From: the human T2T-CHM13v2.0 reference genome, Homo sapiens
Reading direction: 5' to 3' (one strand)
Assembly: GCF_009914755.1 (NCBI RefSeq)
Contig: NC_060943.1
DNA: 64,000 nucleotides
In this document: piece by piece, positions 1-38,300 of the stretch
How positions within the stretch are numbered: the stretch's first letter is position 1
Layout: each line of letters starts with the position of its first letter
The notes under the pieces: model-generated
What the model was told of the DNA's origin: nothing
Databases searched by the model: none
Seen by the model: only the letters and a program-made list of their open reading frames with translations
Program-made: the position numbers and the translations under genes

Positions 1-1
1 G

Positions 2-880
<879 letters not shown>

Positions 881-1237
881 CTCTTTATCCCAAACACACC
901 AAAAAGCAGGCTGCTCTTCCCTGAAGGCAGTAGCACATTGATCAAATCGGCCAGTGGGCACCGACACTGCTGCACACAAATGCACACACTTGCACCCTGC
1001 CCCAGGCCCCACCGGCCACCCTGGTTCCACAGACGGCACCGTTTCTCCCATTTCCTCTCACCAGGGACCTCGACAGGTGTGGGCTTGGTTCCGTGAGCTC
1101 TCTTAGCCCCTTTTTCAATTCAGGATCCCGTCCCCGTGAACCCTGGGGGCCTCGGCAAACATGAGACGAGAGGACTCCTAAAGGAATGACACGCGCCACT
1201 CCCTCCGGGGCAGAGAGGTGTGTTGACAGCTCATTCT

Positions 1238-1678
1238 CACGTCCCAGGCAGACCAAGCCCAGGTGGACCACGTCCCAGGCAGACCAAGCCCAGGTGGACC
1301 ACGTCCCAGGCAGACCAAGCCCAGGCGGACCACGTCCCAGGCGGACCACGTCCCAGGCGGACCACGTCCCAGGCGGACCACGTCCCAGGCGGACCAAGCC
1401 CAGGCGGACCACGTCCCAGGCGGACCACGTCCCAGGCGGACCACGTCCCAGGCGGACCACGTCCCAGGCGGACCACGTCCCAGGCGGACCAAGCCCAGGC
1501 GGACCACGTCCCAGGTGGACCACGTCCCAGGCGGACCATGTCCCAGGCAGACCACGTCCCAGGCAGACCAAGCCCAGGCGGACCACGTCCCAGGCAGACC
1601 ACGTCCCAGGCAGACCAAGCCCAGGTGGACCACGTCCCAGGCAGACCAAGCCCAGGCAGACCACGTCCCAGGTAGACC
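1238..1678. repeat. Minisatellite, about 28 units of 15-16 bp (ACCACGTCCCAGGC(G/A)G and ACCAAGCCCAGG(C/T)GG)
   Basis: Direct tandem repeats; they explain the repetitive ORFs in all frames. Confidence 0.97.
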
Positions 1679-2030
1679 TAGTGGTTGTGTATTCACTTCT
1701 CCCAACCCCCCTGGGAAGAAATAACTGCAGCTGGCCCCATTGCACCAATGAGGAAACTGAGGCCCAGGGAGGAAGCCGATTGCCTGAGGCGGCAGCTTTG
1801 GGACTGGACTGTGGCTGCCTCCTGAGGAAGGAAACAGTTCCTCCCTCCACCCTCATCCTGGCAGGGGTTGGGCCACCGTTGCTTCATCAAGTGTCGTGGA
1901 GCCTCCGCTCTGTGCCAGGAGCGGGGCCTGTGCCACAAACGTCTGCTGAAACCAGCCATCCACCCAACAGTATCGAGCACCATGATCGGAAGAGTAAAGG
2001 CCCCAAACTGGGCCAGGGGCGGTGGCTCAT

Positions 2031-7880
<5,850 letters not shown>

Positions 7881-8565
7881 CCCCCACTGCTCTCCCCCTC
7901 ACTCACAGCACAAGCGTCTGTTTCCAGCGCACACCCCTGCCGCTCCGTCTGACGTTCGAGTCTCAACCTCAACGTCTCTTTCCTCTGGGAAGCCTTCCTC
8001 AGTCTCCCCCAGGCCCGGGTCAGGCCTGGGGCACCTTTGCCATCTGGGCATCCTCCGCCACAGAACAACACTGGATTGTCACTGTCTGTTTACCTGTCAG
8101 GATGTACCTGGAGGGAGACAGAAGCCTGGGGGGTGAGCAGAGGCCACGAGGAGCCACGGTGGGTGTCTGAGCCAGGGAGAAGTGTTATGGCAGCTGGGGT
8201 AGGAAGTGGGCCGCAGGGGCCAGGCTGCGGGCTGGAAGTCCTAGGATGAGCCTCGGGCCTGGATAGGGTGGGGAGAGGGGCAGAGCCGGGAGAGGGGAGG
8301 TCATCACTGGGGTCTCAGGAGGAGGCGGCGCTCTGGAAAGGGTCAGTGACCTGTTAGAGGTCACCCTGCACAGAGCCTCTGGGTTAGGGAAGACAGAGCC
8401 GGGAGCAGGAGGCCACTGGCAGCTGGCCTCGGTTTCCCCGGAGAGGGCCGGAACCCACGCCAGCCAGACAATGACCCTTTGATTCGCACAGCCCAGGCCG
8501 GAGTGGCCAAGCCACGGCGGGGTCAGGTCTTGGCCAAGGTCACACTGTCCAGCCCCCGCACATCC

Positions 8566-8998
8566 TCAGTGAGAACACAGGGTCCCATCCCTGCCCCACT
8601 CCCCAATCCCGGGAGAGTCCCGGGGGAATGCCAGAGGCCAAGGCCAGGTCGAGACGGCGGGGTGTCCCCCGTCAGTGAGAACACAGGGTCCTGTGCCTGC
8701 CCCACTCCCCAAGCCGGGGAGATTCCCGGGGGAAATGCCAGAGGCCAAGGCCAGGTCGAGACGGCGGGGTGTCCCCCCTCAGTGAGAACACAGGGTCCCG
8801 TCCCTGCCCTGCTCCCCAAGCCGGGGAGATTCCCGGGGGAAATGCCAGAGGCCAAGGCCAGGTCGAGACGGCGGGGTGTCCCCCCTCAGTGAGAATACAG
8901 GGTCCCGTCCCTGCCCTGCTCCCCAAGCCGGGGAGATTCCCGGGGGAAATGCCAGAGGCCAAGGCCAGGTCAAGACGGCGGGGTGTCCCCCCTCAGTG
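8566..8998. repeat. Four tandem 106-107-bp repeats upstream of FSTL3 carrying NF-kB-like sites
   Basis: Units start at 8566, 8672, 8779 and 8886; each contains GGGAGA(G/T)TCC. Confidence 0.95.
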
Positions 8999-9743
8999 CC
9001 ACTAAGGCAGAACTTGGCCCCTGGCCACTGGCTGCTGGGGGACACAGGCTGGGCAGCTAAGGTGGAGGAAAGGGTACAGGTGTGTCTTCTGTGGGCACAG
9101 ATCTCACTCAGGCCAGAGAAGGGGCTGTGCCGTGGGGCTGCTGGACACGTCCGTTTCCACCTGCGGGGTGGGCAATGCCGGCACAGCGAGTGGCCAGACA
9201 CAGGCATGCCCAGCAGACACCCAACCGCTCTCCACCACCTCAACCTTCTGTATTTTCCTGAAAGCATTTACCACTCCTTGAAGTTATAGATTAATTTGTC
9301 TCTGCATTTTGTTGTCCAAACCAGGAGCTCGGTGAGGGTGTGATGGGGTCTGCCTTGGTCACCGTGGCACCCCAGCACCCCGCAGGGTCCCTCTGGCCAA
9401 AAGAGATGTTCACTGATGCCCTAGAAGCAGGAACAGAGGGGCTCCCCTGCGCTCGCCAAGGGCGCCTGACAAATCTGGAGGCCCCCATGACAGAATCAGC
9501 TCCAGAGTAGGAAATGTGTCTGGCTGCACGAAAGCCCCCTCGGGCGCAGCGCCTCCAGGCCCACGCAGATGTCGCTGTCATACATTGTTGGAAACGCCTC
9601 TGCTGGAAACAGTGTTTGCTGAATCTTGGAGGGAGAGGAAAAAACCTAGTAAACATTCTTGTTGAGGTGATCTGGGGGAATGTCTGCAAAGGCTTGGAGG
9701 GCTGATGGGGCAGAGCTGCCCAGGGGCCCAGGACAAAGGCCAG

Positions 9744-9750
9744 GCGTGCG

Positions 9751-9796
<46 letters not shown>
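9744..9796. repeat. (CG)n(CA)n microsatellite
   Basis: gcgtgcgcgcgcgcgcacacaca...cacgca. Confidence 0.95.
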
Positions 9797-10506
9797 GTGG
9801 CCTCCCTGGGGGCCGTGGCTGGGCGAGGCCAGCTGTTGTCCGAGATGCTGGAAGGAGCTGTGTCTCTGGGTCTGTCCCGGCCGCACCCCGTTCTGTCCCA
9901 CACCCAACCACTCCCCACCCACAGGCCGGCTCCAGCGGCCAGGTGGACGGGTGCGCGGCCCGCGCTGTGAGCAGGGAACCATATCCAGCTGAGGTTTTGG
10001 GTGTGTGGGGCGGGTCGGGAACAAGGAGGCCGGGTTGGGGGGCTCAGACCACACTTGGACCATGAAAGTGACCACATGCAAATCACAGAAACGGGATGCA
10101 GGGATCCACAGACGTGCTCCTCTTGGGTCCCCGTTACCTCACCGCCACCCCTGAAACTGAAGACCCCCAAACCCACTTTAATTCCTGGAGACGGCCCCTC
10201 GATCCACCCAAAAGGCTGCCACCACCTCGAACCCACACCCCTGTCCCGGTTCCGCCCTGGGTCCAGCCACATCTCCCCAAATGCATTCTCTGGCTCCGGA
10301 AGGGGACCCGGGCGCTCGCCCCCAACTGCCCCCCGCAGCGGCCGGGCCCGGCGCCTGCCCACCCCGCGCGGGACACGGCCTCGCCCCCGCCACTCCCGCG
10401 CCGCGCCCCGCCCCGCGCCCCGCCCCGCCCGCGGCCCGCGGGACCTTTATAGGGAGCGCCGGCCGCGCGCTGGGAAGTCGGTGCCGCTGCCGTCTCTGCG
10501 TTCGCC

Positions 10507-15995
<5,489 letters not shown>

Positions 15996-16203
15996 TAGAC
16001 CTGCGTTCCGGACACTGAGCGCCTGATTTAGGGCCCTTCTCTAGGATGCCCCAGCCCCTACCCTAAGACCTATTGCCGGGGAGGATTCCACACTTCCGCT
16101 CCTTTGGGGATAAACCTATTAATTATTGCTACTATCAAGAGGGCTGGGCATTCTCTGCTGGTAATTCCTGAAGAGGCATGACTGCTTTTCTCAGCCCCAA
16201 GCC

Positions 16204-16528
16204 TCTAGTCTGGGTGTGTACGGAGGGTCTAGCCTGGGTGTGTACGGAGGGTCTAGCCTGGGTGAGTACGGAGGGTCTAGCCTGGGTGAGTACGGAGGGT
16301 CTAGCCTGGGTGAGTACGGAGGGTCTAGCCTGGGTGTGTATGGAGGATCTAGCCTGGGTGAGTATGGAGGGTCTAGCCTGGGTGAGTATGGAGGGTCTAG
16401 CCTGGGTGTGTATGGAGGGTCTAGCCTGGGTGAGTATGGAGGGTCTAGCCTGGGTGTGTATGGAGGGTCTAGCCTGGGTGAGTATGGAGGGTCTAGCCTG
16501 GGTGTGTACGGAGGGTCTAGTCTGAGTG
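16204..16528. repeat. 24-bp VNTR (13 full units) in the FSTL3 3' UTR
   Basis: TCTAGCCTGGGTG(T/A)GTA(C/T)GGAGGG repeated 13 times. Confidence 0.97.
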
Positions 16529-17460
16529 CGTGTGGGGACCTCAGAACACTGTGACCTTAGCCCAGCAAGCCAGGCCCTTCATGAAGGCCAAGAAGGCTGC
16601 CACCATTCCCTGCCAGCCCAAGAACTCCAGCTTCCCCACTGCCTCTGTGTGCCCCTTTGCGTCCTGTGAAGGCCATTGAGAAATGCCCAGTGTGCCCCCT
16701 GGGAAAGGGCACGGCCTGTGCTCCTGACACGGGCTGTGCTTGGCCACAGAACCACCCAGCGTCTCCCCTGCTGCTGTCCACGTCAGTTCATGAGGCAACG
16801 TCGCGTGGTCTCAGACGTGGAGCAGCCAGCGGCAGCTCAGAGCAGGGCACTGTGTCCGGCGGAGCCAAGTCCACTCTGGGGGAGCTCTGGCGGGGACCAC
16901 GGGCCACTGCTCACCCACTGGCCCCGAGGGGGGTGTAGACGCCAAGACTCACGCATGTGTGACATCCGGAGTCCTGGAGCCGGGTGTCCCAGTGGCACCA
17001 CTAGGTGCCTGCTGCCTCCACAGTGGGGTTCACACCCAGGGCTCCTTGGTCCCCCACAACCTGCCCCGGCCAGGCCTGCAGACCCAGACTCCAGCCAGAC
17101 CTGCCTCACCCACCAATGCAGCCGGGGCTGGCGACACCAGCCAGGTGCTGGTCTTGGGCCAGTTCTCCCACGACGGCTCACCCTCCCCTCCATCTGCGTT
17201 GATGCTCAGAATCGCCTACCTGTGCCTGCGTGTAAACCACAGCCTCAGACCAGCTATGGGGAGAGGACAACACGGAGGATATCCAGCTTCCCCGGTCTGG
17301 GGTGAGGAATGTGGGGAGCTTGGGCATCCTCCTCCAGCCTCCTCCAGCCCCCAGGCAGTGCCTTACCTGTGGTGCCCAGAAAAGTGCCCCTAGGTTGGTG
17401 GGTCTACAGGAGCCTCAGCCAGGCAGCCCACCCCACCCTGGGGCCCTGCCTCACCAAGGA

Positions 17461-17466
17461 AATAAA
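17461..17466 (+). terminator. FSTL3 polyadenylation signal AATAAA
   Basis: First AATAAA after the stop codon, followed by GT/T-rich sequence (ttttggggtgt) about 15-25 nt downstream. Confidence 0.85.
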
Positions 17467-17856
17467 GACTCAAGCCATTTTGGGGTGTCCAGGCCTCAGT
17501 TTGTCTCCTCTCTCAAGGCTTCAGGCCGCCCCCACGGCTGTGGGATGGGCAGCCTGGGGCCTGGGGTGCCGCATGGGTGCTCTGGAGGCACGGGAAGAGA
17601 GACCCAGCATTAGTCCTTGGGCAGCCTCTGGCCGCCTCTGGGCCTCAGTGCCTCTCCAGGCAGTGGACAAGCCCGGGAGGGGCTGAGGCAGAGCGGGAGG
17701 GGAGGGAGAGAAAGGAGGTCTTTTGGGAGGGCACACAGGATAGACAAGATGGCTTAGGGCAGCCCTAAGACACCAGCTGGCTTGGGACCCAGAAATGGAG
17801 GCCCGGTCTTGAATGACTTGGGTGTAACGATAGCAGTAATAAAAATAACAGGATTA

Positions 17857-19391
<1,535 letters not shown>

Positions 19392-19645
19392 TCAGGGCTT
19401 CCTGGCCTCCGTTTCCCAGCGGACTCGCCTGCGGTGTGGTTAGGCGGCTGGAGGGAGGTGGAGGAACGGCATTCCAGGTGGGAGGCTGCAGGAGTGTGGG
19501 TTGCAGGGGCGCAGGGGTAGACCCAGAGGGGTTCACGGTGGGGGGCATGGGAAGGTGGAAAGGGGCTGCGGACCGAGCCGCGACACGAATGCCGGTGGAC
19601 CCTGCAGCTGACCGCCCACGGGTGAGGCTGGAAGTCAGTTAACAT

Positions 19646-19651
19646 TTTACT
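19646..19651 (-). terminator. Probable PRSS57 variant poly(A) signal AGTAAA
   Basis: No AATAAA close to the stop on the minus strand; AGTAAA, a recognised variant hexamer, lies about 150 nt after the stop. Confidence 0.55.
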
Positions 19652-19803
19652 GGGTTTGCTTCTGCCCTTTGCATGTGGAATGGGTGTGCCCCACCGCTGC
19701 CCGTCCCACCCCAACCCTGAACATCAGGCTTCCCGTGGGGCCCAGCCACGGAACATTCCAGGCCTGGAGCGGCCATCTCATTTGCATGCCGCAAGGTTGT
19801 GGC

Positions 19804-29446
<9,643 letters not shown>

Positions 29447-29479
29447 GGCAGACGCAGGCTGGCGTCTCCCCGCAGAGGT

Positions 29480-29680
29480 CTTCGGGCCGTGGCTCCCACC
29501 CTCAGCCAACGGCCGGAAAGGGGGAGCCTGGCTGTGGCCTGTGGTCGGGAGGCCCCACCAGCAACGCCTGGAGCCCAGGCGGGCGTTTCTGAGAAATCGA
29601 TGGTCTCAGGTGGTGGCTGGTAATAATCATGTTGATAATAATCATTGTCCCCTAGTCCGGAAACAGGGAGAGGAGGAGAC
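29480..29680 (-). promoter_or_regulatory. PRSS57 proximal promoter with myeloid TF motifs
   Basis: MYB CAACGG at 29507-29512; ETS-like CCGGAAA at about 29513 and 29657; RUNX TGTGGT at 29540-29545; STAT TTCTGAGAA at 29587-29595; GATA TGATAA at about 29633. Confidence 0.55.
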
Positions 29681-30258
29681 AGCTCTGGGGCTGCAAGTGA
29701 CCTCGGGAAGGCAATTGACCCTTCTGTGCCTCAGTTTACCCAGCCTCCACGTGGCCCAGCATGTGTGGGGAGCTTTCCGAGGAACCGAGGTCACAGCGGC
29801 ACTCGAGACCCGCAGCTCGCCTCCGGCCCCCACCCCGCAAACCCCAGTCTTCCCATCTCCAAACCCAGGGCCGACCTCAGGGCTGTGGGGACAGCGAGGA
29901 AGGCCGGTCTCCTGGGAAGCTCTGATGATTTCTGCCTTTATTTTATTTTATTTTTATAGGTGGGGTTTTGCTATGTTGCCCAGGCTGGTCTCGAACTCCT
30001 GGGCTCCAGCGATCCTCCCTCCTCGGCCTTCCAAAGTGCTGAGATCACAGAAGACAGCCACTGCACCTGGCAGATTTCTGCCTTTATTCAGCAGTTATTG
30101 AGTGCCTAGTGTATACCAGACCTCATGCTAGGAGGTGAGGATGAGGCAGTGACCGCACCCCAGCCTGTAGCACTGACGTTCTGTGGGATCCGGAGTCCAG
30201 TGGGACATGGCTGTACATGGGGGTCTTCACCTTTTTTTTCTTTTCTTTTTTTTTTTGA

Positions 30259-30423
<165 letters not shown>

Positions 30424-30973
30424 TAGTAGAGACGGGGTTTCACCATATTAGCCAGGATGGTCTCGATCTCCTGACCTCATGATCCGCCCGCCTCGGCCTC
30501 CCAAAGTGCTGGGATTACAGGCATGAGCCACGGTGCCCGGCCTTTTTTTTTTTTTTTTTTTTTTTGAGAAGGAATCTTGCTCTTGTTGCCCAGGCTAGAG
30601 TGCAGTGGCGCGATCTTGGCTCACCGCAACCTCTGTCTCCTGAGTTCAAGGGATTCTCCTTCCTCAGCCTCCTGAGTAACTGGGATTACAGGTGCCCACC
30701 ACCACGCCCCGCTAAATTTGTGTGTTTAGTAGAGACGGAGTTTCTCCATGTTGGTCAGGCTGGTCTCGAACTCCCGACCTCAGGTGATCCACCTGCCTCA
30801 GCCTCCCAAAGTGCTGGGATGACAGGCCTGAGCCACCGCGCCCAGCCCGGCAGGTCTTCACCTTTCAGTGGGAGCGTTCTTAGTGGCAAAGTTCAGGTCG
30901 TAAATTGCAGCTCACACAGCCGGGTGATGGCGTTCACGGCAGTGGCTAGCAGTGGGGTGCTCGTCAGCGCTTA

Positions 30974-31108
<135 letters not shown>

Positions 31109-31394
31109 TTAAAGTACCAAAATTAGTCAGGCGTGGTGGCAGGTGCCTGTAATCCCAGCTACTTGGGAGGCTGAGGCAGGAGAATCGCTTGAACCGGGAG
31201 GTGGAGGTGGCAGTGAGCCAAGATTGCACCATTGCACTCCAGCCTGGGTGACAGAGCGAGACACCATCTCAAAAAAAAAAAAAAAAAAAAAGTCATCATT
31301 GAACGCTCCAGACCTGTGTTTTACCAAATGTAAAGTGTTCTCAATAAAGAATGAAGTGAAATGAAGCAACAGGAAATGCGTGGAAAGGAAGGTA

Positions 31395-32667
<1,273 letters not shown>

Positions 32668-33725
32668 TGAACTCCTGACCTCGTGATCCGCCCGCCTTGG
32701 CCTCCGAAAATGCTGGGATTACAGGCATGAGCCACTGCGCCCGGCCCTGTTTTTATCTTTTAGAGACAGGGTCTCCTTCTGTCGCCCAGGCTGGAGTGCA
32801 GTGGTTTGATCTCGGCTCACTGCATCCTCTGCCTCCTGAGTTCAAGCGATCCTACTGCCTTAGCCTCCCAAGTAGGTGGGATTACAGGTGCCTGCCACCA
32901 CGCCCGGCTAATTTTTGTGTTTTTTTGTTTTGTTTTGTTTTATTTGTTTGGTAGAGATGGGTTTTGCCATATTGCCCAGGCTGGTCTCAAACTCCTGAGC
33001 TCAAGTGATCGGCCTGCCTCGGCCTCCCAAAGTGCTGGGATTACAGGCGTGAGCCATCGCACCCGGCTGTCCGTCAATATTGTCAAACGACTGGACAGCA
33101 GGCACTCTGGTCTCCACGGTCGTCGCGTCAGCACGAGTGGGTCCCCTGGACTTGCTCCTACCTCCCCTGCTGCCCTCCGTCGCGGAGCACTGAGGCAGAG
33201 ACCTGGAAAACGTCCCCAGCTCCACGGGCGTTAGAAGGAGAATTGCCCGAAGCTGCAGGCGTGTGGAACTTTGTTCCCTCACGATGCTGTCCCTGTCCCG
33301 GTCGCTGATGGGGACACAGTAGGGAGAGGGTAAGCGCCTTAGCCCTGCCACACAGTGAGGAGCCAGGGGGCCGGGGCTGCTGCCTCAGAGGAGCTCCCAC
33401 TGCCTCTCGGGACCGATTCTATCCAGAGCTGGGCCATTTCCTTCCCTTTTGGTGAACAGTTGTGAAATAAACAACCGTCCTCCAGCGTCTCAGAAAACCG
33501 AGCTCCTGGCAGCCCTGAGGAGGGGGCTGAGTGGGGGTCACTGTTCCCACTTCCCAAACTGAGGCCCAGAGAGGGGAGCCGATTTGTCTGGGGCCACACA
33601 GCACAGGGTCTTGACCCATGAGCCGCTGGACTGCGATTCTCCTGGAGGGTCTCTCCATGGCAGATCTGAGCGGCTCTTCAGGAGCTCAGACACCAGCCAC
33701 TGCAGGGAGTCAACAGCAATGGTGA

Positions 33726-33986
<261 letters not shown>

Positions 33987-34317
33987 TGAACTTCTGATGG
34001 CAGGTGATCCACCCGCCTGGGCCTCCCAAAGTGATGGGATGACAGGCGTGAGCCACCGCGCCCGGCCCCTCCCCTGCGAAAAATTGTTTTTCAAGACGAG
34101 ATGTTGCCTGGTGGCTGAGACTGCAATCACAGCTCACTGCAGCCTCTGCCTCCTGGCTCCGCCTTCCCTGTAGCTGGGACCACAGGCTCACAAAACCACC
34201 AGGGTAATTAAAAAAAAAAAAAAAGCTAGACACGGTGGCTCACGCCTGTCATCCCAGCACTTTGGGAGGCTGAGGCGGATGGATCACGAGGTCAGGAGAT
34301 CGAGACCATCCTGGCTA

Positions 34318-34850
<533 letters not shown>

Positions 34851-35193
34851 TAGCCAGGATCGTCTCGATCTCCTGACCTTGTGATCTACCTGCCTCGGCC
34901 TCCCAAAGTGCTGGGATTACAGGCATGAGCTTCTGTGCCCAGCCTCACTTTATTTTTTAACCCCAATAAATGTATATCCACAGGACATTGCTTCTTCTTT
35001 TTTTTTTTTTTTTTTGTTGTTGTTGTTGAGAGGGAGTCTCGCTCTGTCACCCACGCTGGAGAGCAGTGGCGCGATCTTGGCTCTCAGCAACCTTTTCCTC
35101 CTGAGTTCAAGAGATTCTCCTACCTCAGTCTCCCAGGTAGCTGGGATTACAGGCATGCGCCACCACGCCCAGCTAATTTTTTTTTTTTTTTGA

Positions 35194-35298
<105 letters not shown>

Positions 35299-35408
35299 TG
35301 AGTGGCTGGAATTACAGGCGCCCACCACCACCCCCAGCTAATTTTGTATTTTTAGTAGAGATGGGGTTTCGCCATGTTGGTCAGGCTGGTCTTGAACTCC
35401 CAACCTCA

Positions 35409-36790
<1,382 letters not shown>

Positions 36791-36903
36791 AGAAGAATTT
36801 AGTGGGAAAGAGAGTGTGGACAGACAAGAGGAATAGCAAACGCCAGGCACGGTGGCTCACGCCTGTAATCCCAGCACTTTGGGAGGTCGAGGCAGGTGAA
36901 TCA

Positions 36904-37134
<231 letters not shown>

Positions 37135-37887
37135 TTAGCCACGTGTGGTGGTGCACACCTGTAGTCCCAGATACTCAGGAGGCTGAGGTGGGAGGATTAC
37201 CTGATGGGGGAGGTCGAGGCTGCAGTGAGCCAAGATCACATCACTGCACTCCAGCCTGGGTGGCAGAGTGAGACCCTATCTTATTCAAAAAAATAAAAAC
37301 AACAAGGGTACCGAGGGCACCCAGTGACAATGGGGAAGCTGGGGAAGTTCTCCCAGAGGAACACACAAGGCGTCTAACAGCAGGTGTCTGGATGGCTGAA
37401 GCCCAAGCTGGTTGTGGGGCAAGGAGAGGTGAGCAGGGAAGAGACAGGATTGTCTGGGCTCAGCTTTGCCTTGTGGGGCTGCAGGGCACTGGGGAACCAT
37501 AGATGGTGTTTGAGCTGGGGCAGGCCAGGGCATATTTCTCTGGTGAAAGAGTGGAGTAGGGAGAGGAGGTGGGGAGACCCGGAGGCGACATGGCTCAGGG
37601 TTGGGGTGGGGGCCATAAGGCCTCAGCTAAAGTCATGGCTGGGGAGAGGCGAGGGGGGTCTCTGACTCAGGGACAGGGGAGGAGTGAGGTTTTGGGACCC
37701 ACCTATAGCTTCCGGTCGTCCAAGGCTCCAGAGGGTGGCCAGATCTGCAAGGAGTGGTGGGGCGTGCTGGGCGGAGCCCCGGGGTAGAGCTCTACGGAAG
37801 TAGGAAGGGCAGGGGCGCCCTCAGGGAAACCTCACTCCTCCCCTGTCCCTGAGTCCAGGAAGGGGTCAGGCCAACGTCGCTCTGGAA

Positions 37888-38300
37888 GCCTGGAGGCGGG
37901 GCCGAGGTGCAGGGGCGGGGCCGACATTGCCTGGGAGGCGGGGCTGAGGTGCAGGGGCGGGGCCTACATTGCCTGGGAGGCGGGGCTGAGGTTCAGGGGC
38001 GGGGCCGACATTGCCTGGGAGGCGAGGCCGAGGCACAGGGGGCGGGGCCAATGTGCAGGGGCGGGGCCGACATTGCCTGGGATGCAGGGAGGTGGGGCCG
38101 ATGTCGGGGGCGGGGCCATGGTGCAGGGGGCGGGGTCGGGGCGGGGCCGAGATGGCCTAGGCTGCTGGGAGGCGGGACTAGGGTGCAGGGTGCGAGGCTA
38201 GCGGGGTGATGCGGGGGCCGAGATTGCCCAGGAGGCGGGTCCGAGGTTCAGGGGGCGGGGCTAGGGCGCAGGGGGCGGGGCCGACATTGCTTCGGAAGCT
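37888..38300. repeat. 42-bp GC-box minisatellite, degenerating rightwards
   Basis: GCCTGGGAGGCGGGGCTGAGGTGCAGGGGCGGGGCCGACATT; ACATT recurs at 37924, 37966 and 38008. Confidence 0.88.

Noticed and set aside
8566-8998. CRISPR-like repeat array
   Set aside because: Whole 107-bp units are repeated; there is no repeat-spacer architecture.
16178-16554. ORFs with WVxxEGLA / YGGSSLG repeats, or a CRISPR-like array
   Set aside because: This is a head-to-tail 24-bp VNTR with no unique spacers, in eukaryotic 3' UTR context, with no cas genes.
29447-29509. 21-aa N-terminal extension of PRSS57 (MAEGG...)
   Set aside because: It begins at a non-ATG codon in the ORF track; the ATG at 29446 has a strong Kozak context and starts the signal peptide.
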